DNA of 64,000 bases from Trichoplax adhaerens (Eukaryota > Animalia > Placozoa). Positions 25,201-38,654 of this stretch are shown in pieces. Every line of letters starts with the position of its first letter. Positions within the stretch are counted from its first letter, which is position 1. The notes under the pieces were generated by a model that worked only from the letters and a program-made list of their open reading frames with translations, was not told the DNA's origin and made no database searches. The position numbers and the translations under genes are program-made. The DNA lies in NCBI RefSeq assembly GCF_000150275.1, contig NW_002060957.1:514348-578347 (forward strand). Direction: 5' to 3'.

Positions 25201-28200
25201 TGCCTAAAGTAATGAATTTACAAAGCATGAATAGGTTTAGCTAAGTTTGCTATCAGTAAAAATTTCTTGATTGATAGTATGCTCTTAAAATAATTACATA
25301 GTATATGATTATACTAAAATATAGCATCCTATCAAAGTCGTTAAATCCAATTAGCTGACTTATCCATTTTTACCAATAAATTTCGTGGTGCAGCTAATTA
25401 CGATCACTGCATAAACTTATTTTAGCATGATAAATTATAACTCAGTATTATAGCAGTATACCATTGTATGTGATTATGACTAAGTCTAATAGTATCAGAA
25501 CTAATACCTATGTTGTTTCTTTATCTTTGCTTGCATTCAATTCACATTATATGATGCTTATGTACTTTATATTTCTGCATTGCATTTGTACTATCCTTCA
25601 CATAGGTTGCACTCTACTGTTGATTAGTACAACAGTAACTCACATTCCCAAATTACAGTTTGAGACTCAAAATTCTTTGAGTTTACCATTAATTCATTAC
25701 AGCCTGTCATCAATTGATTTCAAGATTTCAATCTTAGCTGTATACTAACTTAGATGAATTTAATCAACAAAAAAATAAAATTAAAATTAAATTAATAGCC
25801 TGATCGACACTCGAGGGCTTAGCCACACCCGAGATCATAATTCGAGGACAATTTAGTATGCTGATTATTTTGACGCATGCGTCCATTAAGCGGAAGGTAT
25901 ATTTCTTTTCACGATATAGTTCCGCAAATTTTCCTTTCTAGATATTATTTGCCAGCCGGACTAGAGATTTCTCCGCCTTTACCACTCCCATCTATTATTT
26001 AAAACTAATATTGAATGCGATCTGCTTTTCTTTTTTTTTTGTCACTTAATGAACAGTAAAAAGGATACGTCCGCGCATTGCAATCGATCGCTTAAAAATT
26101 GCAGAGCTATAATCACCTGGAATGATTTCAGCTAATTATGGCACAGTTGCCATGTATAAGGAATAAAGTGATAGTATGCAATGTAGAACTGTACGTCTTA
26201 ATAAAGTAACTATTGATTATAGCTCGTATGATGAAATGGCTCACCTACCCATATGAGCTATGTAAGGTCGTAGCTGATAGCCATACTAAGTATTATTGCT
26301 ATTTGAGCAATCTACTTTTAAGATTAATGACTCCTATACATTATCTAGACGAGGTATAGAATTGACGGAAAGGAAAAATTGCTAAATAGTACTTAAATTA
26401 AATTCAGAAATTAAATTAATCAAATCATTCTTAGCAAAGTGTGCCAATATTTTTTTATTACTATATCATCATTCAAATTTTCTTGGTTATTGTACAATTC
26501 AGCTAATGACGAACGTCACTGATCGTAACTAGTTGCTTAACCTATAATTTTTTTAGAAATATTTATTGAGTAGTGCTTATTTGCTGTTGCAAAGTATGGC
26601 GATGTCTTAAAAAGTCACGCAAAGAGTCAAAGGAGTAGGATGCAGCTGCCGTTAATATAGACAAAATTTCATTCCTCAAGGGATGTGTCCATTTCTGTGA
26701 TGCTAAAGCTTATACCTATTCTAGATGTGCAAATTGGCAAAGACTGACTAAAAATACTATTAGTCATAGGTCGCTAATTGCTGTACAAATTTTTTGAGGG
26801 ATCTTATTTTACATGGAGTGACTTTGCCAGTATGAGAATGCATGGATGCTAATAGTTTTTACTCTGTTAATCTTTCATATCAACAAAAACTTCCAATTAT
26901 ACTTTGCTATTAGCAATGCTGATATTGATTTGTTGATACACGTAATTATTAACTAAGCATAATATGGCCTAGTGTTGGCTTAATATTTACTTTCATAAAC
27001 ATAAAATATCTCAAATGCTATGATAAGGGTGGAGGAAGTAAAAGGCGGATTCGGATATTGTCGGTGAAATTCTCAATTAAATACTTTGCACCTACTTCCC
27101 GTAGTACTGAGGCTTACATTCTTTTAGAGTACCATGTACCAAATTGAGTCTATATATATAATGCATGGTAGGAAGTGCAGTACACTCAATGAAGAAACTG
27201 TTAATGTTATACTTCATATAGTCAAGATGTTTGTATCATTATAATATCTTTACAATAAATAGTAAAATATCCTTTCGCGTTAAGTTTAACATAACTTAGA
27301 TAAAACATTTGCTGCAAGTGAGGACTTGCAGTTATTGAAAGAAGACAATCAATGATTTATATAATTATTAATCTCATCTGAAATTCTGAGTCAGATACGC
27401 GAGTAAGATTAAATTTTAGAACGCTAACGTAATTATAAGCTAGTGCGTATATATATTTACGAAGAGAATTTTTATTAAGATCAAGGTTCAGTTCTATATC
27501 AAAAGCAATACAGTACATAAAGTGACTTACCAACTGCGCATCGTAAAAGAAGGAAAACAACGCCTTGTAGTCTTCAATAACGGTAAAGTCTCGAAGAGAA
27601 TTATTGCCAGTGGTAAGGAAAGTGGCCGCTAAGTTAGCACTGTCCTGTAACGTGAATTGATACGAAAAAAACCATGGATTTTCCAATGGATCACTAAATG
27701 CAACACCGAATGCTGTGCCTGGATCGGCATCCCATAGTGGTGGAATTAACACAGTTGGATCCCGCAGAGGATTATTAAAATCTGGTGTTTGACGTAATGC
27801 ATATATAGTTTGACTTTGGGCTAGTTCAGTTTGACGATCCGCTAAACATGCTGCACTAACGAATTGTGGTATATCGACTGGACAAGTATGGTTACTACGA
27901 GGCAATCCAACCAATTTATGATCCTTTTTAGATTCGATAAGTAAATCAGCTGTTTATAATTGTAGAGATAAAGAGCTATTATTAGATAAAAACACAGCAA
28001 ATTGGTCTTTGATACGATATTAACCAATTCGGAGATTGTTAACATAATATATTGTTTAAGTACCGTGATGAGTATACAACGAATACGAATATCAATATAT
28101 GATTAGCGCATCTCTATATATTCAACAGGTCTAGATAGGATAGAGCCATTTCTTCACTTTTTAATAGCATGATTGATTGTATAATCAGGGTCATTGCATA

Positions 28201-30378
28201 GTTACTGTAGTCACTTAAAATGAAACAATCAATTGGTTTTGCTATAGTCTGATACTATCTTAAATTTTATATTTATAAGGGTGAAACGTCAACATTGCAT
28301 AGAGTTTACTTATCTTATTTTAAGCAAGCAAACGATATTTTAACGATACTGCCGAGTTAGCTCGACGATGGATAAAATGTAATAGACTTTGCAAATTTGA
28401 TGTAATGATGTTTAGATAATTATCATACGCGCAAAGGAGAAGCCTTCTATTTTACTTCAGTCAAATTAAACGCTTAAGAAATATAGCATAAAGCATATAC
28501 ATATGAATTTATATAAATGAATTTATATATAATGGCCTGTAAAATCAATAATTATTAATATAAACACTGAAAAGGACAATAAAAATTAATTAAAGTAAAC
28601 GCTGAAGTTTCTAACTGACCTATTGGTCTATATTCTTGATCAGAAGAAGTCACATCACTTTTATTTTACAAGGATAATTTAAGAAATGAATTAGGTAACT
28701 AGCTCCAAGATCTATACATATAATAATTAATCTGATAATTTGATAAATGGATTATTTAGTTAGGGACCAATCGTAGCATTGAGAATGAAATCGATTGATG
28801 ATAACAAATAATTTATAGTCCATAATTTATTATAAATCGTATGTAATCATTAAGAACTTCTGTATCGCGTATATCGTCTTTAATATTATTTTTACTGATT
28901 CTGTTTAGTGTTGCAATTGAGATAAATCAAGATTGTTACAAAATTATGGAGGAGTCATGATCAACGTGAATATTTTAAGTAATGCTATGATTAAACTACA
29001 AATTATAGACAATAATCACTGCAATTAATTATTCCATTGCCGAAGCCTTGTAAGGATATTTATAAATCAAGTACTATGATTGTATAGTTGGCCAATATGG
29101 CATTCTACTTACTATTATCTTGGCTTTTGAAGAATTGGCTGTTAAAGAAGCAATCTGAATAAATTCCAACGCATAAACATGTTTCTGGTAAGATGCAGAA
29201 TTCACCTTTACCACAACTCTGACGGCAAACAGCTAAATAGATTGAAATTTTAGTTTTCTTAAATTTCTTGAATTAATACACATAAGGCGTTAAAATTTAG
29301 CGGTTTGGGAATTCTAAACTGCTAGCGATGACAAAGACTACTACATGCGTAGTGATAATGGAATGCTTTAAATTATTGACTTTTATAATCAAGATTAAAT
29401 CAACTATGAGTTAATATTATCCAAATTTTTATGAATTGTTATAAATGGCTTTTCTTTATACGATTAATCAGGTATAGAATGGACTGTAATGTACTGTACA
29501 TTAAATGCTCTATCATAAAGCAATAAGGTCCGCACCAGCTGTGTTCATGGCATAATAATATAAAGGTTCAGTTTTCGATTAATTTAAATTTTCTACTAGA
29601 TTAATTGCTAGTATGGTAACTGTTACAGAGTAAGTTAACTTTTCAAATAAGTTCACGTTTAATCCATGCTTCATATTCTATATAAGTCAAATAAATTATA
29701 GACAGCGCCATACAACTCCTTCACTATAGTTTTCTTGCACCGTTATCGTAACGTCTCTTATATTACTTTTTAATTTTACAACAACATTTTGCAACGAATC
29801 CCATAAATATTACATTGCAACTTAATACTACAATGTCTGGCAATGCATATATAATACACTAATTTACAGCAAATCGATCAACTACAACTATCCTGTATCA
29901 TATAGTCGGTACCGGATAAAGTGCAATTATGAGCTTGTGGCAATTTAAAGATCATAACGGTCACTTACAGAGTAAGATCATTACATGAGGTTAGCTAATT
30001 TATGAATAGTATCATGTCTTTGAAAAATTAACATATCGCATGCATTGCTATTCAAAGTGCATGAAATATCACTGCCTTGACATAATGACAAATATATTCT
30101 GTTTCTAAAACTACTTACGTGTAAAACAAGGATCTTCGCCATAAATTATTCCATTAGGCCTTGACCAACCTTCACAACATTGAGGATCTTTTTGATTTTT
30201 TATGCTTAAGTTCTTAATGATGCTATTTAGTCTTTGACCATCGCTGATTTAATTTTAAATGAGTAATTAAATAATCATAGGATACATAGGATCTGGCATA
30301 GTATCAAACTTAAAACACAGAAAAGATTTTTACCTCTCCACTTCGCAAACATTGTTATTGAGAAAGCCAGCGATGATA
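22273..30378 (-). pseudogene. Lipoxygenase paralog A (EMI/EGF - LOX with inserted C-type lectin domain); frameshifted in this sequence, 5' exon not located
   Basis: Exons ~30334-30378, 30119-30243, 29113-29232, 27531-27949, 25077-25203, 24568-24921 (CTLD), 24273-24394, 23557-24160 (two ancestral exons fused out of frame), 22925-23030, 22624-22836, 22273-22503. LOX motifs FAEQRLAGLHP, LLPVAIQ, WSIAK, EHLLKTQ, HPLRQILRRH, YPYRDDG (shifted frame), QHAAVNY, PNMP, NSNSV*. Confidence 0.8.
24568..24921 (-). other. C-type lectin-like domain exon of LOX paralog A (354 nt, phase 1-1)
   Basis: tgtag|CT TGT CCA ... CAG AGA G|gtaag. Translates as CPQGWKLIGKHCY...WHIAQYKCKC...VYVGA...KWLDGT...KCL...SCF...VVCQ. 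Confidence 0.92.
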
Positions 30379-33300
30379 CTTGCAATAAAAGGAACATAAA
30401 TTATTACTTATTCCATATATCTAATCAAACTGTCTATTTTTCTAAGGATATTTAAAAACTGATATAGAATTAGCAACAAGTTGTTCGTACTTCATAAAAT
30501 GCCCACAATTAAATAAATCAGCTGATCACAATGATGTAACTAAATTTAACAACGGGATCTATGTAGAGATATAGATAGTGTGTTTCGTGTCTCTTTAGTT
30601 TTTAAGACGTGAAATGCAGTTTTTACTCGCTTTGGCTTAAATCTCCAATTATATCACAATAGAAATAGTATGAAACACTTTTTTTGCACCCTTCTTTTTG
30701 CTGTATAGCTTCCCCTACCTTGTTAAACGCTCGTATTGTGATGAGGGTAGTGGCAAGATGGCAAAGATGGCTATAAGAGCCAATACAGACTTCATTTTGA
30801 GACAACGAAATGAATCTGATCGTTCACTGTGCAACCTAATCAATTCAACGTGAGAATTATTAAGAAGTATCAAGTTGTTTATCAGTTTTTGACAGCAATG
30901 ATTAATCAGCCTTAATTATTTGTTAATAGTGCAATAGATTATGATGACAATGTGATTGACTTAAAACAATTAATAAACAATTATTCATCATTGTGCTCGA
31001 CATCGCTTCAATGAACACTATGTTAATATTGATCTAACTTTTCTACAATGCCATGCATTTTTCGATCTTATTTGATTCGCTGAAATTATTTTGCTTGACT
31101 TTTTGTAACCAAAAGACCACTTCGAAGAAGATTTAGATGGTAAATCTTATAAGCATTAATAATATCAGGTTTAAATAATACTTTCTTAATAAATACGTAG
31201 CCTACAGGCAATACAGATGGCTAGACTGCTAGAATTTAAGATAGATAATTGAATCCATAATTTTTATATGCCTTACTTCAAGATTTCGTTTAATTATCAT
31301 CACAATAAAATTATATAATAACATTTACTATTATCAAAGATACATTTTCGGCTAGAGAATAAATAATGGAAAAGACTAGATTTAAGAAATTATTATTTAT
31401 CAAAGTATGATTTACAGCCATTAAAAATTATAAGCGCTAAAACATAACTACGTAAGATATGGTAATGCACATGGAGCATAAAAATTATAAAGAATTTTTG
31501 CCCCTATTCATAAAAATGAATATTTAAATTAAGGGATCATTAAAGGATCCTTATATTGATAATTCATTATAATTAATTGGATTATTAGTTTTGTTTCACT
31601 AATTAATGAATGCTTTGCTAAATCACAATTGTTACGGTAATAATGAAAAAACCGTTCGGGGGCAACTAAATGCGGCAGTTAATATTTAAAATAAGATGCA
31701 TCGTCTATAAACATATTTTCGAAATTTGAAGGTTAGGATCCATTTATTTTCCTAAACTTAAAACAATAGAAACTACGACATTAAGTCACTAGGAATGATT
31801 CTCTTGGAGCAAGCCAATGTGCTATCGTTTCCAAAATACTTCTGATAGTAAAAATACCTTAGTACGACTTTTTACAAACGATTCTAGAGGTATAAATTGG
31901 GGTATACTTTGGAGTGGGTATAGTCTGGGCTGTTACACAGGTTCTCATTTTTTAGCATCCTTTTATAATTGGTGATATTATAGTCATATCATGGTTTTAT
32001 ATTTTAGCTAAATATTTACAGCGGTTAATTGAAGCTATAAAAGTATAGCTAAAGTAAAATTGTTGCAAGAATACAGATAATTTTATTAATTTAATCTAGC
32101 TTTCATTTTATGATCTATTCTTAGTGTATGGTACTGTTTTGCATAAACGTTGTATAATGGAATAGTATCATAATAATTAGTATCACTACTACGTAGTTAC
32201 TAATAAAGGAAACATTAGAGTCGTCTAATGTTTTAGAGGAGAGCGAAATCATTGTACAGTAGATTATAGTTGACTTCTATTACCCCAAAATACTACCATA
32301 TTAGTTGCGCTGCCAACAATTTCTAATAAATATTCAAACTTAACAAGATTTATTCATTTGCTAGATTTTTCGTTCTAATCAATAATTTTCAGAGCTCGAT
32401 CAATTTAGCTAGCGCTAGAACCAGTTATGTAGATAAATAAACGTGATTGGTGCTTTTAAGACTCTTGAGATAATATTTTGTAATAGATATCCTAAGATGA
32501 TCTTATTCTATAATAGCCTAGTAGTGACTAAGTCATGGTGTTATGATATATGAGCAGTATTAACTAAATATCATTCTGATACCATTACCTACTATATTTG
32601 CTTTTAAATATTAGTGGGCTAATAATTATTTTATCAGGTAATTCATTCTGATAGAAAGACATTAAAGAGATTTCGTATAATGCTATTTATACAATGTAAA
32701 ATTATAGATTATTGCATGTAACGATAGAAATAGATCTTAAAACGCAAAGCTTAATGGCATGAAGTTGGTTGATAATTTATTCCCAAATCTAATAAACTTT
32801 CATTCAATCCGTCATACCTTTACTTTAATCACACTCTATTTTCTAGTTTTAATCACTCTGAATCATTTTTTAAAGCCTCCTTTATTTCTTTATGCTTATG
32901 CTGAAATATATCTGAAGATATTGTTACTGCTGAAATACTTTTTCTGTCCACGTAAAACGAAAGGCAGTAATTTTAATTAAACAATATCACAGATATCAAT
33001 CTAATCTACGAGACGCTATAAAAATATGAAGCTGTGAAGCTTACTCAAAATATGCTTTGACATCGAAGTAATATAACGCTAATTCTATATCTATCAATAC
33101 ATCTATCGATCATCACAAAACTTGACTAAACTACATTGCTTTTCCTAAAAGTTCCAATAATAGCTTATTTTTGAGTTTGTAGCGCCAAAATTTTCATCAT
33201 TTATTTCTAAGAGAAAAAATTAAAAAGAAGTATCAATGCGTTGTATACAATAAAATATTTGCTTTTACCATGTTGTACTAGGACTTTCGTTAGCTAATTT

Positions 33301-34028
33301 AAAGGTTAAAGGTTAATATTTCATAATGCTTGTAGTATTTTCATAATGATTTCAGATACTGATATGGAAAGACTGGTAAATTTCTTTTTTACATACCTTT
33401 CCCTATAATACGTATGATTAGCTCATTTGGCGATGATAGTAAATAAAGCATAAAATAAAAGAATTATTGTATTTTATTCTTATATAGCTCTGATTCGATA
33501 AATGATATCATAGTGAATACAGATAAATAATGAGCCTAGGATGGGTTTTGTAATTTTTAATTGAAGTATTGAGGCCAAAAAGTCAATATATCTAATGTTG
33601 ACTAAGAGATATATGGCTACTAATTGTTTCTACGAGACAATGAAAATATTTCTTAAGTGCAAAGCTACATAAAATTGTCTGCGTATTCTGCCTTTAGTAT
33701 TATATATTCAATATGAATGTGCTATGGGAATTGACCTTGGCCTCTAAACGATAAGCTCAAGGACAATATTATAAAATTGTGAACGACAAACTGATATGCT
33801 ATGTACGGTACCGAGATCTCGGAACAGTAGGAGTTAATTAGGTGCTTGCTTTGCTAGCCCCCATCAGGCAATGCTCGCTTGTTTTGTTCTTAATTCTATG
33901 ACGGGATATTGACTAGATTGCTAGAAGAATTCTTTAATTTAATAGTCACTGAAAGTAGTTTGTTTACATAAAATTCAATAAATATTCTTGAGAGATTAAA
34001 TGTTATACCAGGAGATCCTACGTTAATG

Positions 34029-34052
34029 ATTAATTAATTAATTAATTAATTA
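34029..34052. repeat. (ATTA)6 microsatellite
   Basis: attaattaattaattaattaatta. Confidence 0.9.
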
Positions 34053-37000
34053 TGAAAAAAATAAAGTTGTTGCTAAGTGTCACTAACCAGCTTCGTGACA
34101 AAGATAACGTAAAACAAATCTCTAAATTACTCTAGTCTCCAGGATTCAGTATCCCTAAACTACCTCACAAGAATTTAGACGCCTTTGCTTCTACGTTAAA
34201 ACAACTATATAAGTCTTCTTTTATTCAACTATCTGCCGAGCTTAACCCTTCGGCAGCAGCTATCATGTAGGAGTCATAACGGTTCATGAAATTTAGCTCA
34301 TATTGGATAGCTAAATTAATACAGAAATTATTCATAATTTTGGACATGTACCGAACGATTCTAGATAATTAGACTACAGTATGTCCACACGCAGAATTAT
34401 TTATAGTATCACCTATAATTGAATATCTTCAGGATATTCATCATAAGCGTTACAAGACATAACGCTATAATCAATTACTATTGGTTACCTTATAAGAACT
34501 TTTACTACAATGCAGCATAATTTACTGTAACAAATAATAACTACCGCAGTTCTTACTGTAAGTCATCATTAGTTATCTCCATGTATGAATGTTAAACACT
34601 AAATTTAGTCATATACTTTTCACAGTGGCTCGTACCGTAACACTAAGATATTACGTTTAAACCATGTGTCACAATTTTACTTCTGCGACAAGGTAACGTA
34701 CAGTAAAAGTCTATAAGTAGCTACTGACTTAAACGCCCTTCTACCTAACTTTAAACACACACAGCAAAATACTGTAAAGATAAAACTTTTATTAGCAAAG
34801 ACACATCTACAACTTTTTACTACCCCACTCAACTCAAATGTTCCCGTTTATATAGGAAAAGTCTAATTTGTAAACAACAGTATTATTATTATACCTTACT
34901 AGGAGAAACATCTCGAAATGAGATGTTCGTTACATAGCTTTTCTATCAGTAAACATTTTGTATTTCTTACTCTTACTTAATCTTAATCTAAGCACGTAGG
35001 TTGTCTAATTCAACTATCATCAACTAGAACTTGAATCATCTTACTGCTATTTATCACACAATAACAATCAATATCAAATATGTAATGAACTATCACAAAC
35101 AACATCCACGTTAAGGCATTACTTATCTTACCTAGAACTACAAATATGGATATTCTCCGTACTAGCTACTACTGTACTTATTAAACTATCCCAATGACAA
35201 GGCAACACCGTAACACCATGTAAATATTAGTGTTAACAAGGCATCTCGAGTAGTTGTATCAATTTGCAAGATACTAATATCATTTCTAGATGAATGCCCA
35301 ATATCTTTTTACATCTTAATAGTTGATGGATATCATAAAATTGAACGAAAGCCTTTCACATTATTACCAGTGCCATAGATAAATTCCAATTCTCTATTAA
35401 TTACTATAAATTCACTTCTAGACTTAATTATTTTCAAGCGCAGGCGACTTATGAGTTTCTGACATAAAATTCTAAACTTTTAAAAGATTAATAGTTTGAG
35501 AATATCGACAGTACGAAAAGTATTTCTTGATATTTCGGAAATAAGCTAATAGAACACCTGTTGCTAAGTAGTACAGTTATTCTTTTAAAATAATTGCTAA
35601 TAAATTGCTTGATGTAATCTCTTATTTCAAACGTATATGTTACGGTCAGTGTATAAGCTATTATTGCCATGGAACGATTCATAACTCGACAAACTCCGAT
35701 ATAATTTGCTACTAGGTAGCAAATAAATGGGCTGCATGAATAACCCGTTCGTAATACGTACTTGTTACGGTTCATCATTACCGTAAATAAAAAAAGAAAT
35801 ATTTATTCATATTTTTTCTAAAGTAGAGTTGCGATATGTTAAGTCGTTAATGGATTTCCATTAATGAATGTGTGATAAAGATTGCCACACTTGATTAATG
35901 AGTTATTAAGTAACATGTCTAGTTGATTTGTTAACTGGAGTAAGAGTGGTAAACACTCAATATTAATTTACATATATCTATTCTATACTGACTGTCATAA
36001 ATATATGTTATACAAAATCAAGTATATTGTAAATAGAATTATGCTGATAGAAAATGGCATAGGTATATAAGAGCGTGCCTTTAATCATAGAAGGAGTTCT
36101 CTTATTACATTGCCTAGTAATATATGTTATCGTTCGAATAAAGAGGATTTATGAAGTTATCCGGATATACACACTGCTGAATAAGGTCTTATACTAAGCT
36201 GGTCGAGTTAGTGAAGCTTATTAGCAACGGTATATTACGGTAGAGCGGTTACGTTAGGAATAAAATTAGTTACTTGTACCACAAACGACGTTACGACAGA
36301 ACTATATATTGATAGTTTTTCTATTACTCGTAAGTAAACAATTGAGCAGCCTAAAATTTGTCATGTAACAACTGTAAATTGCTAATAATAAGACACAACC
36401 AAGATTGGGAGAGAAAAGAGTTCGAAATAGCCTGTTATTAATTCCGCGTCCGTTAGCTCAAGGAATTTAGCTTTTTTAATGAATAACTTAACATGGCAAT
36501 GGAAGAGGCGAAAAGAATATATGCTTCTGTTTATTCATTTGCATATATAGCTATTTTTACCTATGTTCTTGTATTTATACAGCTCGTCAGGATTTCTATT
36601 TAGTATCTACTAGGATAAATACATAGAATTTGCTCTTTAACTTCTTAAGTTCACTTTACTATTCGTGGATTCGACTGCCACTTGATTGAAAGTTGTAAAG
36701 AATTTTGTTGATGTATTTACTGGGGCCTGATTGTGGCACAAAATATACCATTGTTTCGATGCTTAATAAGCAGCAGTCCTATTATTTCACTGTAGATCAA
36801 TGTCTATATTCGACCAGAGAATTAATGATAATTTACTTATATAATTAATCAAAATGGGGCAAAAATTTTTTCATGCACCGACACTGATGTCATGCAATAG
36901 AGCCTACAAATATGATGTACTGGTATGACAGTATTCATTTTAGGAACTAGTTAGAGGTGATTGCATCCGCAAACAACTTCAGGCACTGAAATTCCACGGC

Positions 37001-38654
37001 CCATATACAGTATTGAATAGTTACTGGCCCTTAAAGGATGATACAGTAAATGATAACTTATAATTACGGCTTAAAAGATATGCACCACTTGCAGGAGGTA
37101 TTAACTGAAATATCAGCTTACGCCCCTCTAGAATCATACAGGCACGTAATTTTCTCAGCATCTATCATTATCATTATTGATTTATTTATCTTGGCTAACT
37201 TTATGAATGGCTGAGTAAAGATTTTAAGTTTCGTCCTTTTGGACAACATTACTTGAAACAGCATTTTGTAGGACTATTTCTGGTAGTCATAAAAGTACAC
37301 AGAATCCTGAATATTATATGCTCTTTATATTTTATTTCATGCGAATTATCTTACTCAGTTAGGACAGGTATATATTTGTTTATGATATAGGTAAGGTTAG
37401 AGTCTGAATTTTTATTTAGGTACGTAGTATTCTCCATTATACTGCGGTATATAATGATTATTTTGCTAAATGAAATATCTAAAATTGACGGTAACATTCT
37501 CGTATAAGCGAGTAGCAAACAAGTAAATTACAAGGATAAAGTTTTACTAAATATAATTTAATAAAACTAATGTCCTCAAGCTGCTATAAGAAAGAAATGG
37601 ATACCTTTATTAGTATTAGAATATATGGCATTAAAACTAGTCTATTTAATTGTCTCTCACTTTTAAACTAACGACAATTACCAGGTTTAGGACACTAAAG
37701 CAGATTTTGTCATTCCGATTGTGACTAGGAGGAGGTAAAACTAGTAAGATCCATGCTTTGACGTTTTAAGATAAAGATATCCATGACAAATCATATGTTA
37801 TCGTATGAATTAAATTTTACCTTAGGAAAATCTAACATCTTAGCATAATAAATTATTAAATTAGGGATAACGTCAATACGATATGGTGCTAAGTAACTGT
37901 CCATATAGGCAATTAAAATATATGCTTGTATTGCGATACAAGGACCACAAGTTAATAAAATTACGAATTCGATGAGAGGAAGGAAAAAATTTTACGGCGG
38001 ACTAATTATACTTGAAGAAATGATGGCATTTACCAGTTAATACAGAAAGTGAAATTTTCTACGAAATAATTGGATGCGCACTATTCATACCCAACTAAAT
38101 TTTGCAGTAATAGCGAATGAATAAAGAAAGAAACTCAATAAATATGAGCGTATCTGTTATAATATTAAGTACGGTAATTTTGCGTAATATATTAGAATTA
38201 GATCGATATGATGTTAATAATAAATCCGTGTCTGGAGCAAAAAGGATGCCATACGGCAATTTAATAATTATTCTGTAATATCATAGTGAACTGGTAGATT
38301 ACATCGCAAACGTAGAGCTATAATGCATAATACACTATCATTCTAAATTAGATAGTCTATTTTAACCTTATATGATTTGATAATTTATGCTTAACTTAGA
38401 TAGTTCCTACATTTTAATGAAGTAAATTAGCGAAGGTAGATAGTTAGTCTTATTACAAGAGTGGAAGCTTGTAGTTTTTTCTGAAATATCGCGGTCTATA
38501 TTCTGTTACTTATTCATAAAGTAATAAGATGTAGCTTTAACTGATATGTGAAAATAGCAACAATGCTACTGCTGATTTTAAATATGCCCGTACTATCGAT
38601 GTTACAATGTAAAATTATGTTATATTGCTGTTAGAATCCATATCTGAAATGGTC

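Noticed and set aside
28620-28665. Possible extra linker mini-exon of LOX-A (DVTSSDQEYRPI followed by gtcagt)
   Set aside because: I found no AG acceptor in a compatible phase, so it was left out of the model.
36950-37130. Minus-strand SVNTSCKWCI resembling a CUB-domain start
   Set aside because: It is a single short word surrounded by stops and cannot be extended.
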